Shown: positions 20,327 through 31,001, numbered from the stretch's first letter. The stretch is 64,000 nt of DNA from an uncultured Actinomycetes bacterium (GCA_963704885.1 CAVPIB010000004.1:416001-480000), one strand, 5' to 3'. Translations and numbers: made by a program. Notes: generated from the sequence alone by a model not told the origin.

Positions 20327-21023
20327 GCTCCCTTGGATGCTGACCAACCATCGACGGGCGTTCTGGTACTCGCTCCTGCTGCTGACGTCCCTCGTGTTCG
20401 TGCTCGTCGCCGTGGGGCGCCACCCCCCCGTGGCGGCTCCGCAGACCACGCTGCCGGCGGTCGGCAACCTCGACCAGTCCATCTACAACTTGATGGACGA
20501 CGTCCGCGTGACCCCCCTCACGTGGTTGTTCCGGTTCCTGAACGTGGTTGGCGGCGGCCTGGTCACGATCCCCGTTCGGGCCGCGGCATCGCTCGTCCTG
20601 CTCTTCCGAAAGCGCTGGCGGCGCGCGGCCGCGTTCATCCTGACGTGGGCCTCAACCGAGCTGATCCTGGTCTTCCTGAAGGACTGGTTCCATCGGGGGC
20701 GGCCACCGGCGGGACTGGTGGACGTGGTGGGGTTCTCGTTCCCTTCGGGGCACGCGACGGCAGGGGCAGCCACCGCCGTGGCGCTGGTGCTGGCGTTCTT
20801 CCCCCAGGGTCCTCGCCGACGCAAGTGGGAGTGGATCGCGGTCGTGTTCGCGTTCGTCATGGCGCTCTCACGTGTGTACCTGCGAGCCCACTGGTTCTCA
20901 GACGTCGTGGCAGGCGTCCTTCTCGGCGCCGGAATAGCCCTGGGATCGGCGGCCCTCGTGACGGAGATCGCGTCTCTCGCTCTCGGACGTCGTACCGATC
21001 AGCCGGAGACCATCGACATCTGA
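20316..21023 (+). CDS. PAP2 family phosphatase
   Basis: KDWFHRGRP, SFPSGH, SRVYLRAHWFSDV. Confidence 0.92.
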   Translation: MPDRLPWMLTNHRRAFWYSLLLLTSLVFVLVAVGRHPPVAAPQTTLPAVGNLDQSIYNLMDDVRVTPLTWLFRFLNVVGGGLVTIPVRAAASLVLLFRKRWRRAAAFILTWASTELILVFLKDWFHRGRPPAGLVDVVGFSFPSGHATAGAATAVALVLAFFPQGPRRRKWEWIAVVFAFVMALSRVYLRAHWFSDVVAGVLLGAGIALGSAALVTEIASLALGRRTDQPETIDI

Positions 21024-22081
21024 GCCTCGTCGCCGACCGGCCGGCGCCAGCTCTTGTTGCTCTTCCAGATCAGGTAGGTGAAGCCTCCTAGCGGGATCTG
21101 GATCCCGAACGTCAGGGAGCGGAACATCAAGACGGCAGCGACGATCGCGGGATCGTTCCCCGCTGCGGCGACCAGCCCACCGATGTAACCGAGCTCGATC
21201 ACGCCGAGGCCTCCCGGGGTGATCGGAAGTGCAGAGATCAGTCGTCCGAACGAGAACACCGCGAAGGCTTCGGCGGTCCTGATCTCCGCCTCAGAGACCC
21301 CCATGTGACGGAGACACAATAGAAGTACGAAGAACAGCGCCACCTGACTGAGGATCGTGGTCAGCGTCAAACGGATCCATCGAAGCGCGACCAGTGAGAT
21401 CGTGTCGGCGCGGAAGCGCACCGCGCGATCGCCGCCGTCGGTCATCGGCAGCTTGCGGAACCGGCGCCGGATCCAGGTGATCACCCGTCCGACCCCATCG
21501 CCCACCCGTCGCGCCAGACGCTCGCTTCGGAAGACCGCCGCGAGGAGCGTAACCGCCATCGCCAATACCGCCAGGCCCACGAGAGCAGCCGACACGAACG
21601 CGGCGCTCCGGCTCTCCTGCAGCACCAGGAACACGACCGAGAGCAACGGCAGGGCAAGCTTGATGAAGATGTTCCAGATGCCGGTCACCCCAACGTAGAG
21701 CGCTACGTTCGTCCCGGTGGATCCCCAGGAGCGAAGGATGCTGTAGGTGAGCCCCACGGCGATGGCGCCGCCCCCCGGGAGCGTGTTCGCGACCGACGTC
21801 GTCGTCTGCGTCAAGACGGCCGCGGGCCACAGGCGGAGCCCGGGCAGCGCCGCCATGTTCGCTAACCAATACGTGAACAGGTTGAAGACCGTGGCGGCGA
21901 TCAGCGAGCCGACCTCGAGCGGCGTGAGCGTCCTGATCGCAGCCCAGACGTCCTTGTAGTCCGCGAACCGTGGGATCGCGAACGCGAATATCCCGACGAC
22001 TATCGCCAGCGAGATGCCGAAGGAGACGTAGCGCCAGGCGGACCTCTTCTTGGTCGCGGTCGAGATCCCGGGCTCGCTCAC
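20999..22081 (-). CDS. Lysylphosphatidylglycerol synthase TM / YbhN (UPF0104) flippase-like protein
   Basis: ANTLPGGG, PITPGGLGVIE, VLMFR; multi-TM. Confidence 0.85.
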   Translation of the reverse strand: MSEPGISTATKKRSAWRYVSFGISLAIVVGIFAFAIPRFADYKDVWAAIRTLTPLEVGSLIAATVFNLFTYWLANMAALPGLRLWPAAVLTQTTTSVANTLPGGGAIAVGLTYSILRSWGSTGTNVALYVGVTGIWNIFIKLALPLLSVVFLVLQESRSAAFVSAALVGLAVLAMAVTLLAAVFRSERLARRVGDGVGRVITWIRRRFRKLPMTDGGDRAVRFRADTISLVALRWIRLTLTTILSQVALFFVLLLCLRHMGVSEAEIRTAEAFAVFSFGRLISALPITPGGLGVIELGYIGGLVAAAGNDPAIVAAVLMFRSLTFGIQIPLGGFTYLIWKSNKSWRRPVGDEAQMSMVSG

Positions 22082-22111
22082 GCGCGGAGCCTATCCCACC
22101 GACCCCCGTGC

Positions 22112-22963
22112 TCAGACCTGACCGGACAAGATCATCTCCGGGCGGGCCTTGGGCCCGTCGTCCGCATAGATGCCGATCAATCGCCCGTCGGGCGCGAACA
22201 CGGCGTAAGGGCCCCTTATCCCCGCCGGTCCCAGGACCCTCCCGTGCCCCGCGGCAACAGCCTCCTCGTGCCCGAGTTCCAGACGTGGGAGGTGGGCCAC
22301 CGCCCGATCGAGCGGCAGGGGATCACCCGGCTCCTCTGGATCGGCCCCGTCTTCGGCCGAGAACGGCCCGATCACGGTCCGCCGGAGCGCCGTGAGGTGA
22401 GCGCCGCACCCGAGGGCGGATCCTACGTCGGCGAGGAGCACCCGCACGTAGGTCCCGCCGGAACAGGCCACCCGGAAGTCGAGGTCGGGACCCCGCATGG
22501 CCAGCAACTCGAACGTCTCGACCCGGATCTTCCGGGGAGGTGCTTCCAGACGTTCTCCCTTCCGCGCAGCCTCGTAGAGCTTCCTGCCCGCCACCTTGAC
22601 GGCCGAATACGCGGGAGGGCTCTGCATCGAATCACCGACCCGGGATGTCATGGCCACCCGGACATCGTCCGCGGTAGCCGCGACGGGACGCTCCGAGGTG
22701 ATCACGCCGTCCGCGTCGAGCGTGGTCGTCTGGACGCCCAGGCGCGCCGTCCCCTCGTAGGTCTTGAGCAGGTCTCCCAGGAAGCGCAGCAGCCTGGTGG
22801 CGCGACCGACGCCGAGGATGAGCAGACCGCTTGCCATCGGATCGAGCGTTCCAGCGTGCCCCACCTTGCGTGTCCCGAGGGCGCGTCGCACCATGTCGAC
22901 CACGTCGTGAGAGGTCACCCCGATCGGTTTGTCGACCAGGAGCAAGCCTTCTGGATCGCTCAC
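22112..22963 (-). CDS. truB: tRNA pseudouridine(55) synthase
   Basis: DKPIGVTSHD, KVGHAGTLDP, PPAYSAVK, CSGGTYVR; GTG start overlapping the nrnA stop. Confidence 0.95.
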   Translation of the reverse strand: MSDPEGLLLVDKPIGVTSHDVVDMVRRALGTRKVGHAGTLDPMASGLLILGVGRATRLLRFLGDLLKTYEGTARLGVQTTTLDADGVITSERPVAATADDVRVAMTSRVGDSMQSPPAYSAVKVAGRKLYEAARKGERLEAPPRKIRVETFELLAMRGPDLDFRVACSGGTYVRVLLADVGSALGCGAHLTALRRTVIGPFSAEDGADPEEPGDPLPLDRAVAHLPRLELGHEEAVAAGHGRVLGPAGIRGPYAVFAPDGRLIGIYADDGPKARPEMILSGQV

Positions 22964-23937
22964 CGATCGACGGGGTCGTCCTGCAGCGCTTCGACCAGCC
23001 TGGCGATCGTGCCCGCCGGGCCGTGACCCGAGGTGTAGCCTGCCGCCAACCTGTGACCGCCGCCGCCGAAGGCGGCGGCGACTGTCGCCAGATCGTGTTG
23101 GCCTCTTGAACGCACGCTCACCTTGAACCGACCGTCTCGCTGTTGCTTGAGCACCGCGGCCACGTCCACGTCGCGCGCCGTGCGGATCAGGTCGATGAGA
23201 TCGTCGGTCTCCCCGGGATGCACACCTGCGTCCGCCATGTCCGCCTGAGTCAGATAGGTCCACACCAGATCCGCCTCGGGTACGAATGTCGATCGAGAGA
23301 GGGCCGTGCCGGCCAAGCCCAGATACTCGCGCCGGTTGTCCTCGTACAGCGCCTGCACCAGCGCGGAGTGATCGAACGCATGCTCACGCAGGGTGGCGGC
23401 CACGCGGAGCGTCTCCGGAGTCGTGGCCTCGTATTGGAATCGCCCGGTGTCGGTGACCAGCCCCGCGTATAGACAGGCTGCCGTCCCGTCTGGGATCGCA
23501 CCTCCCATCGCAGTGATCAGTCGGAAGACGACTTCACATGTGGATGACGCCTCAGGGTCGATCAATGCGATGGTCCCCAACCCGTCGTTCGAGCGATGGT
23601 GATCTATCCAGATCACCTCGCCAGCGCTCGACGCGTTCTGGCTCAGTCCGCCGAGGCGATCGAGCGATGCGCAGTCACAGGTGACCATCACTTCGGGAGC
23701 TTCCGGGAAGGAGCCCATCGGTACCAGCTCCTCGGCCCCGGGGAGGAAGGCCGTCCATCGGGGCGGATCGAGCGGTTCGTTGGGGTACGAACACACGGTT
23801 CGCGTGCCCCGAGACCGGAGGAACCCCGCCAGGCCCAGCATGGAGCCGAGGGCGTCGGCGTCGGGGTTCAGGTGGCAGACGAGCGCCACCTCGTCGGCAG
23901 CGGCCAGCACCTCCGCGGCGCGGTTCAGTTCATCCAT
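22960..23937 (-). CDS. nrnA: DHH family nanoRNase/pAp phosphatase
   Basis: HLNPDADALGS, IDHH, TDTG, GGGGH; position after rbfA. Confidence 0.9.
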   Translation of the reverse strand: MDELNRAAEVLAAADEVALVCHLNPDADALGSMLGLAGFLRSRGTRTVCSYPNEPLDPPRWTAFLPGAEELVPMGSFPEAPEVMVTCDCASLDRLGGLSQNASSAGEVIWIDHHRSNDGLGTIALIDPEASSTCEVVFRLITAMGGAIPDGTAACLYAGLVTDTGRFQYEATTPETLRVAATLREHAFDHSALVQALYEDNRREYLGLAGTALSRSTFVPEADLVWTYLTQADMADAGVHPGETDDLIDLIRTARDVDVAAVLKQQRDGRFKVSVRSRGQHDLATVAAAFGGGGHRLAAGYTSGHGPAGTIARLVEALQDDPVDR

Positions 23938-24289
23938 CGCCGTGCTCCTCGGAGTGGAGCTCCTCTATCAACAGATCGATCCGTGCTCCCTGTTCGATCG
24001 TGATGTCCTCCTCGAACTCGAGCTCGGGCAGGTACTTCAGCCGTATCTGCATTCCGAGAACGGCGCGGAGATGCGGGCCCGCGGACCGTAGACCTGCTCG
24101 CGTGCCGGACTTCGCCTGCTCATCGCCATAAGTGGTGTAGAACACCCACGCGCGACGCAGGTCGGGCGTAACCTTCACGCCCGTCACCGTCACGAATCCC
24201 ACGCGAGGATCCTTGAGCTTCAGGATCGCCTCGGCGAGCACTTCGCGGAACTCCTCGCCGACGCGTGCGGCCCGTTGTCCTTGCGGCAT
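23930..24289 (-). CDS. rbfA: Ribosome-binding factor A
   Basis: KDPRVGFVTVT, VTPDL, YLPELEF. Confidence 0.95.
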   Translation of the reverse strand: MPQGQRAARVGEEFREVLAEAILKLKDPRVGFVTVTGVKVTPDLRRAWVFYTTYGDEQAKSGTRAGLRSAGPHLRAVLGMQIRLKYLPELEFEEDITIEQGARIDLLIEELHSEEHGDG

Positions 24290-24325
24290 GCATCAAGCCT
24301 ACCCGCGGCAGGGACCGACACGGTG

Positions 24326-24619
24326 TCAGTCCTCCGGGTCGTGGAGCGTGAGATCGGTTCCTATCACCTCGACCTCCCCCCAGGCCTCCACGAACCGCTC
24401 CACCCGTTGCATGACCGCGCGAACGTGGTACCCCTCGGCACCGGTCGCGGCCACGGCCAGGGTCGTCCGCTGCCAGAGATCCTGATGATCTACCTCGGCG
24501 ACCGACACGTTGAACTTCGAGCGGACGGCACCGCTGAGCGACTTCACCACGTGCCTCTTCTGCTTCAGCGAGTGAGCGTCTGGGATGCGAAGGTCGAACC
24601 GCATGAGCGCGACCAGCAT
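24326..24619 (-). CDS. DUF503 (YlxP) family protein
   Basis: SLKQKR, FNVSVAEV, QDLWQR; between infB and rbfA. Confidence 0.9.
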   Translation of the reverse strand: MLVALMRFDLRIPDAHSLKQKRHVVKSLSGAVRSKFNVSVAEVDHQDLWQRTTLAVAATGAEGYHVRAVMQRVERFVEAWGEVEVIGTDLTLHDPED

Positions 24620-24623
24620 GGGC

Positions 24624-26771
24624 TCAGATGGAGCGAGCCACCTCGCGGACCTCGAAGGCCTCGATGAGGTCGCCCTCCTTGATGTCCTGGAAGTTCTCGA
24701 TGCTGATGCCGCACTCGTAACCCTGAGCGACCTCGCGAACATCGTCCTTGAAGCGCCGGAGCGAGCCGACCTTGCCTTCGTAAACGACGACACTGTCGCG
24801 AACCAGCCGCACGCGTCCGTCGCGCGGGATGGTGCCCTGCGTGACGTAACAGCCCGCGATCACCCCTAGCTTCGGCACGCGGAACATGGCCCGGACCTCT
24901 GCGGTGCCGAGATCCTTCTCGAGCTTCTCAGGCGCCAGCATGCCGGACAGCGCCAACTTGATGTCGTCGATCGCGTCGTAGATGACGCGGTACAGGCGGA
25001 TATCGACGCCTTCCTTCTCGGACAACTCGCGGGCCTGCTTGTCCGGACGTACGTTGAAGCCGATCACGATGGCATTGGATGCCATGGCGAGCGAGACGTC
25101 GTCGGCGGTGATCCCTCCGGCAGCGCTTCGCACGAGGTTCACGCGAACCTCTTCCTGGGGAAGCTTCAAGAGCGCATCCGAGAGGGCTCCGAGTGACCCC
25201 TGCACGTCGGCCTTCACGACGAGGTTCAGATCCGGGACTTCGGCACGCTCTTGGCGGCGCATCAGGTCCGACAGCGTCGGCGGACGCGAGACGACCAGCT
25301 CGGCCGCACGCGTCTTGGCCTCGCGCTCCGACGCGATGTGTCGAGCCTCCCGCTCGTCGTCCACCTGGCGGAAGTCGTCGCCGGCGCTCGGCACGTGGCT
25401 CCATCCGAGGATCTGCACGGGCTTGGACGGTCCGGCGTACACCAACGAGACACCGTTCTCGTCCATCATGGCGCGGATCTTGCAGAAGGCGGTCCCGCAC
25501 ACCAGGGCATCGCCGACGGACAACGTCCCCTGCTGCACGAGGACCGTGGCCACCGGCCCCCGACCCTTGTCAAGGTGCGCCTCGATAACCGCTCCCCGCG
25601 AGCGACCGCCCGGGTCGGCCTTCAGCTCCTCCAGGTCGGCCACGAGGAGGATCGTCTCGAGCAGCGAGGCAAGATTCGTCTTCGCCTTCGCGGACACATC
25701 CACGAACTCGTACGTGCCACCCCATTCAGCCGGGACGACCCCTCGCTCAACCATCTGCTGCCGGACCTTCGTGGGATCGGCATCTTCCTTGTCCACCTTG
25801 TTGACCGCGACGATGATCGGCACAGCCGCCGCCTTCGCGTGGTCGAGGGCCTCAACGGTCTGGGGCATCACTCCGTCGTCGGCCGCGACCACCAGGATGA
25901 CGATGTCGGTGATCTTGGCGCCGCGCGCGCGCATGGCGGTGAACGCCTCGTGGCCCGGTGTATCGATGAACGTGATCTCTCGCTCGCCCACGTGCACCTG
26001 GTAGGCGCCGATGTGCTGGGTGATGCCACCGAACTCACCCGCCACCACGTCTGTCTCGCGGATCGCGTCCAAGAGCTTGGTCTTGCCGTGATCCACGTGG
26101 CCCATCACCGTCACCACCGGGGGTCTTGCAAGCAGCTTGGACTCGTCTATCTCCTCCTCTGGCTGGTCCTCCAACTCTTCCTCGACGCCGATGATCTCCG
26201 CCTGGAATCCCAGGTCGTCGGCGATCAACCCGATCCCCTCATCGGACAGGGAGGTGGTTGCCGTGCCCATCTCGCCAGCCATGAAGAGCACCTTCACGAT
26301 GTCGGCAGGGGACTTCCCGAGCTTCTCGGCGATCGTTTGCGGCGTAGAACCCCGGACGAACTGCATGATGGGCAACACAGACTGCGCCGGAGCGGGCGTG
26401 GTGCCTTGAGCTGGGGCCGCCTCCGGCCTCGGCGTTAGCGCGGCCGGAGGCACCTTCCCCACCGCTTCGGCGAGGGTGGCATCGGTCGTAGGGGCCGACT
26501 CAGCCGTCTCGACGGCCGGCTCGACTATCGCGACAGCCGGCTTCGGCTTCGGTTTCGGCTTCGGTTTGCGGGGCGCCGGCGGTGGTTCCAGCACCTCGCG
26601 GCGCTTCGCGGTCACCGTGGTGCCCTTGCCGCCGCTCGCCCGGAGTCGAGGGATCAGGTCCTCGGGCACGCTGGAAGACGCCGTCCGCCCGGTCGCCCCC
26701 ATCTGCTCGAGGGCGGCCACGAGCTCTTTGCTCGTGACGCCCAGCTCCTTCGCAAGCTCGTGAACCCTCAC
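24624..26771 (-). CDS. infB: Translation initiation factor IF-2
   Basis: [28 protein letters not shown]. Confidence 0.98.
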   Translation of the reverse strand: MRVHELAKELGVTSKELVAALEQMGATGRTASSSVPEDLIPRLRASGGKGTTVTAKRREVLEPPPAPRKPKPKPKPKPAVAIVEPAVETAESAPTTDATLAEAVGKVPPAALTPRPEAAPAQGTTPAPAQSVLPIMQFVRGSTPQTIAEKLGKSPADIVKVLFMAGEMGTATTSLSDEGIGLIADDLGFQAEIIGVEEELEDQPEEEIDESKLLARPPVVTVMGHVDHGKTKLLDAIRETDVVAGEFGGITQHIGAYQVHVGEREITFIDTPGHEAFTAMRARGAKITDIVILVVAADDGVMPQTVEALDHAKAAAVPIIVAVNKVDKEDADPTKVRQQMVERGVVPAEWGGTYEFVDVSAKAKTNLASLLETILLVADLEELKADPGGRSRGAVIEAHLDKGRGPVATVLVQQGTLSVGDALVCGTAFCKIRAMMDENGVSLVYAGPSKPVQILGWSHVPSAGDDFRQVDDEREARHIASEREAKTRAAELVVSRPPTLSDLMRRQERAEVPDLNLVVKADVQGSLGALSDALLKLPQEEVRVNLVRSAAGGITADDVSLAMASNAIVIGFNVRPDKQARELSEKEGVDIRLYRVIYDAIDDIKLALSGMLAPEKLEKDLGTAEVRAMFRVPKLGVIAGCYVTQGTIPRDGRVRLVRDSVVVYEGKVGSLRRFKDDVREVAQGYECGISIENFQDIKEGDLIEAFEVREVARSI

Positions 26772-27049
26772 ACCGCTCCCATCAGTCGACCCAGGTCGGC
26801 CCTTAGCCTAGCGGCTCCCTCGGGGGCCAGGCCCACTCGGAACCCCCGGGCGAGCCCTCCCCGATCAAGGGCCGCATCGATACACGTCTCGTCGAGATGC
26901 ACGTAGGCGCCCCGCCCCGGAGACGTCCCCGAAGGATCGACCTCCATCTCTCCCGCCGGCGATCGCACCACCCGAACCAGGTCGCCCTTGGCCCCGCGTG
27001 CTCGGCAACCAACGCACGTCCGCTCGGGGACCGCGAGGGTCCTCATCAC
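26768..27049 (-). CDS. ylxR: YlxR/DUF448 family protein
   Basis: [13 protein letters not shown]; between nusA and infB. Confidence 0.9.
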   Translation of the reverse strand: MMRTLAVPERTCVGCRARGAKGDLVRVVRSPAGEMEVDPSGTSPGRGAYVHLDETCIDAALDRGGLARGFRVGLAPEGAARLRADLGRLMGAV

Positions 27050-28197
27050 TCGGGCGAGCTCGGGGCCTCCGCCACCTCGCCCTCCGCCACCTCGGCCTCC
27101 GAGGCCGGCTCATCTGCCGGAACAGAGGGGGCGGGGACGCGCGACTCGTCAACCACCTGGGTCTCGGACTTGATGTCGATCCGCCAGCCGGTCAGGCGCG
27201 CGGCCAAGCGAGCGTTCTGTCCCTCCTTGCCTATCGCGAGCGAGAGTTGGTAGTCGGGCACGATCACCAGGGCGGTACTGGTCGCCTCGTCGATCCTCAC
27301 TTCCTTGACCTTCGCGGGCTGCAGTGCGTTCGCGACCAGCTCACCGGGGTTCGCGCTCCACGGGATCACGTCGATCTTCTCGCCTCGAAGCTCGTTCACC
27401 ACCATGCGGACACGAGAGCCCTTGGGGCCGACGCAGGCCCCCACGGGATCCACGCCCGGCTCGTTCGACGAGACGGCCATCTTCGAACGATGTCCCGGCT
27501 CGCGCGCCACTCCCCTGATCTCCACGATGCCCTCCTCGATCTCGGGCACCTCGAGCGCGAACAGCGCCTTGAGCAGACCCGGATGCGAGCGTGAGACGAC
27601 GATCTGGGGACCCTTGGTGCCCTTGCGGACCTCCGTGATGTAGGCCTTCAGGCGTTCGCCATGCCTGTACGGCTCGGACGGCACCTGTTCTGCTTGTGGG
27701 AGCAGCGCCTCGACCTTGCCTAGATCCAGGAGCGTGTACCGGCGCTCCTGCTGTTGCACGATGCCCGTCACGACGTCGCCTTCGCGACCCGCGAACTCCT
27801 CGTAGGTCATCTCGCGCTCCGCATCGCGCAGCTTCTGGAAGATCACTTGTTTCGCGGTCTGGGCTCCGATGCGGCCCTTGAATTCGTCCGTGACCTCGAC
27901 CTGTTCCTCGGAGATCACCTTCATCTCCAGCGCAGGCTGCTCGCCCTCTGCGACCTCACCCTCGCGCTCGACCTCGACCTCCTCCAGTTGCTGGAGCCAG
28001 ACGCTCAGGTCGCCCGTCTCGGGGTCGATGTGGGCCCGGACACCGACGAAGTCGTCGTCGGCGTCGGGATGCTCCTGCTTCCACCAGGTCTTGTAGGCGG
28101 AGGCCATGGCCTCCTCGAGGCCGGCGAGGATCGTCTCGAACGCGATGCCCTTCTCGCGTTCGAGCTCGCGCAAGGCGGCGATCATCTCGGCATTCAT
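27046..28197 (-). CDS. nusA: Transcription factor NusA
   Basis: [43 protein letters not shown]. Confidence 0.97.
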   Translation of the reverse strand: MNAEMIAALRELEREKGIAFETILAGLEEAMASAYKTWWKQEHPDADDDFVGVRAHIDPETGDLSVWLQQLEEVEVEREGEVAEGEQPALEMKVISEEQVEVTDEFKGRIGAQTAKQVIFQKLRDAEREMTYEEFAGREGDVVTGIVQQQERRYTLLDLGKVEALLPQAEQVPSEPYRHGERLKAYITEVRKGTKGPQIVVSRSHPGLLKALFALEVPEIEEGIVEIRGVAREPGHRSKMAVSSNEPGVDPVGACVGPKGSRVRMVVNELRGEKIDVIPWSANPGELVANALQPAKVKEVRIDEATSTALVIVPDYQLSLAIGKEGQNARLAARLTGWRIDIKSETQVVDESRVPAPSVPADEPASEAEVAEGEVAEAPSSPE

Positions 28198-28661
28198 CGT
28201 GTGCTCCCCTTCAGCTCCGCGTCCCAGTCGACGACGGTCCGCGCCGATGCGATGCCGCTGTACCGAACATGCAGCTCCTCGTCGCCGGCGGCGATCGTGA
28301 CGCCGGCGTCATCGGCGGCCACCAGCCTGCCCGATAGGGACGCCCTGCCCTCGATCGGGGTAGTGGTCTTCAACCGAACCGTGTCACCCACGCGGCGCCG
28401 GTATTCCGCCGGGGTCCGCAGGGTCCGCTCGATCCCCGGCGAAGAAACTTCGAGCGCGTACGGACCGGGGGCGAAGCCCTGCAGATCGAGGCGCCGCGAC
28501 ACCTTCTCGGACAGGTCGGCGATGGTGTCGAGGTCGACGCCGCCGTCGCGGTCGACCACAACCCGCAGGACCCGGCGACCGGACTCGCGTCGGAACGCCA
28601 CCTCCACGAGCTCCAGACCGGCCCCTTCGATCACAGGCCTGACCAGTGTCTCCGCTTCCAT
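28194..28661 (-). CDS. rimP: Ribosome maturation factor RimP
   Basis: YALEVSSPGIER; start taken at MEAETL. Confidence 0.93.
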   Translation of the reverse strand: MEAETLVRPVIEGAGLELVEVAFRRESGRRVLRVVVDRDGGVDLDTIADLSEKVSRRLDLQGFAPGPYALEVSSPGIERTLRTPAEYRRRVGDTVRLKTTTPIEGRASLSGRLVAADDAGVTIAAGDEELHVRYSGIASARTVVDWDAELKGSTR

Positions 28662-28688
28662 CGCGCCGACCGTCCCCTTCGACAAAGA

Positions 28689-28708
28689 AAGTGGGCGCAG
28701 GCCCACTT
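28689..28708 (-). promoter_or_regulatory. rimP leader hairpin
   Basis: AAGTGGGC-gcag-GCCCACTT; the GTGGG/CCCAC stem typical of rimP leaders. Confidence 0.65.
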
Positions 28709-28769
28709 CCGCACACAACTCTGCTGACAGTTCGACGTTGAGTATAGCCGCTGTCCGCGACGCTGCTGC

Positions 28770-29054
28770 TCAGAGCGCCCTTCGCTGCCCGTCGGTGGAG
28801 TTCCACTGGTCACGGGCATTCAGCCGGCGAGCCAGGCGTGGATCGCTCCAGCCCTCGTGGCCTGGGACTCCAAGGCTCAGGCAGGCGGCCCTCGCCGCCT
28901 CTTCCGTTGGGAACTCGTCGCGATCCCAGAGGCCCGACGCGTCGATAAGGAGCAGATCCCACGTTGCGAGCCCCACGTGCTGGATCACTCCCTCGACCTG
29001 GCGGTGCAGCTTCACGAACTCCGTCAGGTGGTACGGGACCTTGGAGCCGCTCAT
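28770..29054 (-). CDS. Hypothetical 94-aa protein
   Basis: Fills the proS-rimP gap; TAGGCT 6 nt before ATG; globular-looking composition. Confidence 0.65.
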   Translation of the reverse strand: MSGSKVPYHLTEFVKLHRQVEGVIQHVGLATWDLLLIDASGLWDRDEFPTEEAARAACLSLGVPGHEGWSDPRLARRLNARDQWNSTDGQRRAL

Positions 29055-29063
29055 GCAGGAAGC

Positions 29064-30770
29064 CTACGGCGCCGAGGCGAGCAGGTCGACCGCGGCTAGG
29101 GCGGCGTCGGCTAGCGGAGCCTGCGACTTCTCACCCGTAGCTCGAAGCTTCAGATCCACCGTCCCCGCCTCGACCCCGCGCTTGCCCACGACGACCTGTA
29201 CGGGGTAGCCGATCAGGTCCGCATCCGCGAACTTCACCCCAGCCCTCTGCTCGCGGTCGTCGATCGCGACATCGACCCCACGATCGCGAAGCTCCGCGTA
29301 GATCCTCTCGGCCTCCGCCACCGCACGTTCATGGTCGTGCGTCGCGACGACGATCACTACCTCGAACGGCGCCAGTACCTTCGGCCAGATCATGCCGCTC
29401 TCGTCGTGCCGCTGCTCCACTGCGGCTGCCGTGATCCGCGTGATACCGATCCCGTAGCTGCCCATCACGTAGGGCCGCTCCACATCGTCCAGATCGGCGA
29501 AGCGAGCTCCCAGGGGCTCCGAGTACTGCGTCCCCAGCTGGTAGATGTGACCGACCACGATGGAGCGGCTGATGTGCAGCTCCCCGCCGTCCAAGGGGCA
29601 ACGATCGCCCTCGCGGAACTGGACGACGTCCTCCCATCGGTCGACACGGAAGTCGCGACCGGCGTTCGCGCCCGTAACGTGGCGATCCGCCTTGTTCGAC
29701 CCGGTGACCCAATCACGACCGCCGCGAACGGTGATGTCAGCGAACACCTCGACGGATCCGTCGAACCCCTGTGGCCCCACGTAGCCCTTCACGAGTCCAC
29801 GGGCCACGAAGTCGTCGTCGTCGAGCGCTCTGACCTTCTCGGGGAAGACGATCTTCCCCAGCTTGTCCACGTTGACCTCGCGATCCCCGGGGACCAAGAC
29901 GGCTACCGTCCGACCCCCGACATCGAACATCAGGCACTTGAGCGTGCGCGAGGCTTCAACGCCCAGGAGCGCCGCGAGCGAATCGATCGTGGGCGTGTTC
30001 GGCGTATCGACTTCGGTGAGCGGCTCGATGCCCTCGCCCGCCGGCTCGGGTTCGATCGGTCGCGCCGCCTCAGTGTCCGCCAGGTAGTCGCCGTTCTCGC
30101 ATTCGACGAACAGGTCCTCGCCGACCGTCGCCCGGGCCATGAACTCGTGGTTCACCCCGCCACCGATCTGCCCCGGGTCGGCCTCGACGATCACGCAGTC
30201 CAGGCCGACGCGTTCGAAGATGCGCTCATAGGCCTCGTACATGATCCGGTAGGACTCGCGCATCCCTTCTTCGTCCCGGTCGATCGAGTAGGCATCCTTC
30301 ATCAGGAATTCGCGACCCCGAAGGAGCCCGAACCTGGGCCGGAACTCGTCGCGGTACTTCCACTCCACCTGATACACGTTCACCGGCAGGTCGCGGTACG
30401 AAGGCAGGTCGCCTCCCGCGAGCAAGGCCACTACCTCCTCCTGGGTCGGCCCCAGGATCATCTGTCGCTCGTGACGGTCGTTCAATCTGAACAGGGTGTC
30501 CCCGTAGAGGTCGTAGCGCCCGGTCGCTTGCCACGGCGCGGCCGGGAGCACGATCGGCATGCGGATCTCCGACGCACCGGTCGCATCCATCTCCTCCCGG
30601 ACGATGGCTTCGACCTTCCGCATCACGCGGAGGCCCATCGGCAGCGTTGTGTAGACGCCCGCCATGACCTGACGGATGAATCCGCCGCGGAGCAGCAGGC
30701 GATGGCTCACGATCTCAGCCTCGGCCGGATCGTCGCGGAGGGTCGGCACGAACATCTGTGACAGCCTCAT
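29064..30770 (-). CDS. proS: Proline--tRNA ligase
   Basis: LGPTQEE, RPRFGLLRGREFLMKDAY, editing insertion, MGSYGIG, GVKFADADLIG. Confidence 0.97.
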   Translation of the reverse strand: MRLSQMFVPTLRDDPAEAEIVSHRLLLRGGFIRQVMAGVYTTLPMGLRVMRKVEAIVREEMDATGASEIRMPIVLPAAPWQATGRYDLYGDTLFRLNDRHERQMILGPTQEEVVALLAGGDLPSYRDLPVNVYQVEWKYRDEFRPRFGLLRGREFLMKDAYSIDRDEEGMRESYRIMYEAYERIFERVGLDCVIVEADPGQIGGGVNHEFMARATVGEDLFVECENGDYLADTEAARPIEPEPAGEGIEPLTEVDTPNTPTIDSLAALLGVEASRTLKCLMFDVGGRTVAVLVPGDREVNVDKLGKIVFPEKVRALDDDDFVARGLVKGYVGPQGFDGSVEVFADITVRGGRDWVTGSNKADRHVTGANAGRDFRVDRWEDVVQFREGDRCPLDGGELHISRSIVVGHIYQLGTQYSEPLGARFADLDDVERPYVMGSYGIGITRITAAAVEQRHDESGMIWPKVLAPFEVVIVVATHDHERAVAEAERIYAELRDRGVDVAIDDREQRAGVKFADADLIGYPVQVVVGKRGVEAGTVDLKLRATGEKSQAPLADAALAAVDLLASAP

Positions 30771-30807
30771 GAGGTTCCACAGGATAGCGGTCGCTCCGGG
30801 CGCCCCG

Positions 30808-30836
30808 TTGACGACGCGGCTGCCCAGCGGGAGAAT
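30808..30836 (+). promoter_or_regulatory. Sigma70-like promoter of trpL-trpE
   Basis: TTGACG (30808-30813) - 17 nt - GAGAAT (30831-30836). Confidence 0.55.
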
Positions 30837-30845
30837 CGGTGCCTG

Positions 30846-30914
30846 ATGCGGACGCAAGGGACGACCTGGGTCTGGCACCGGGGCTCGCGGAGCCCGATGC
30901 CGACGCTCGTCTGA
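30846..30914 (+). CDS. trpL: trp attenuator leader peptide MRTQGTTWVWHRGSRSPMPTLV
   Basis: 22-aa ORF with Trp codons at 30867 and 30873, directly upstream of trpE. Confidence 0.75.
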   Translation: MRTQGTTWVWHRGSRSPMPTLV

Positions 30915-30976
30915 CTCAAGCGTTCGCGTCGAGGAGCACTAGCGAGCCCCGGACCACCGGTCCGGGGTTCTCCTGT
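30878..30976 (+). promoter_or_regulatory. trp attenuator: alternative antiterminator and terminator
   Basis: Terminator GAGCCCCGGACC-acc-GGTCCGGGGTTC (30944-30970); CCGGGGCTCGC (30878-30888) pairs perfectly with GCGAGCCCCGG (30942-30952). Confidence 0.75.
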
Positions 30977-31001
30977 ATCCGGCCACCTAAGGAGCGGTCA
31001 C

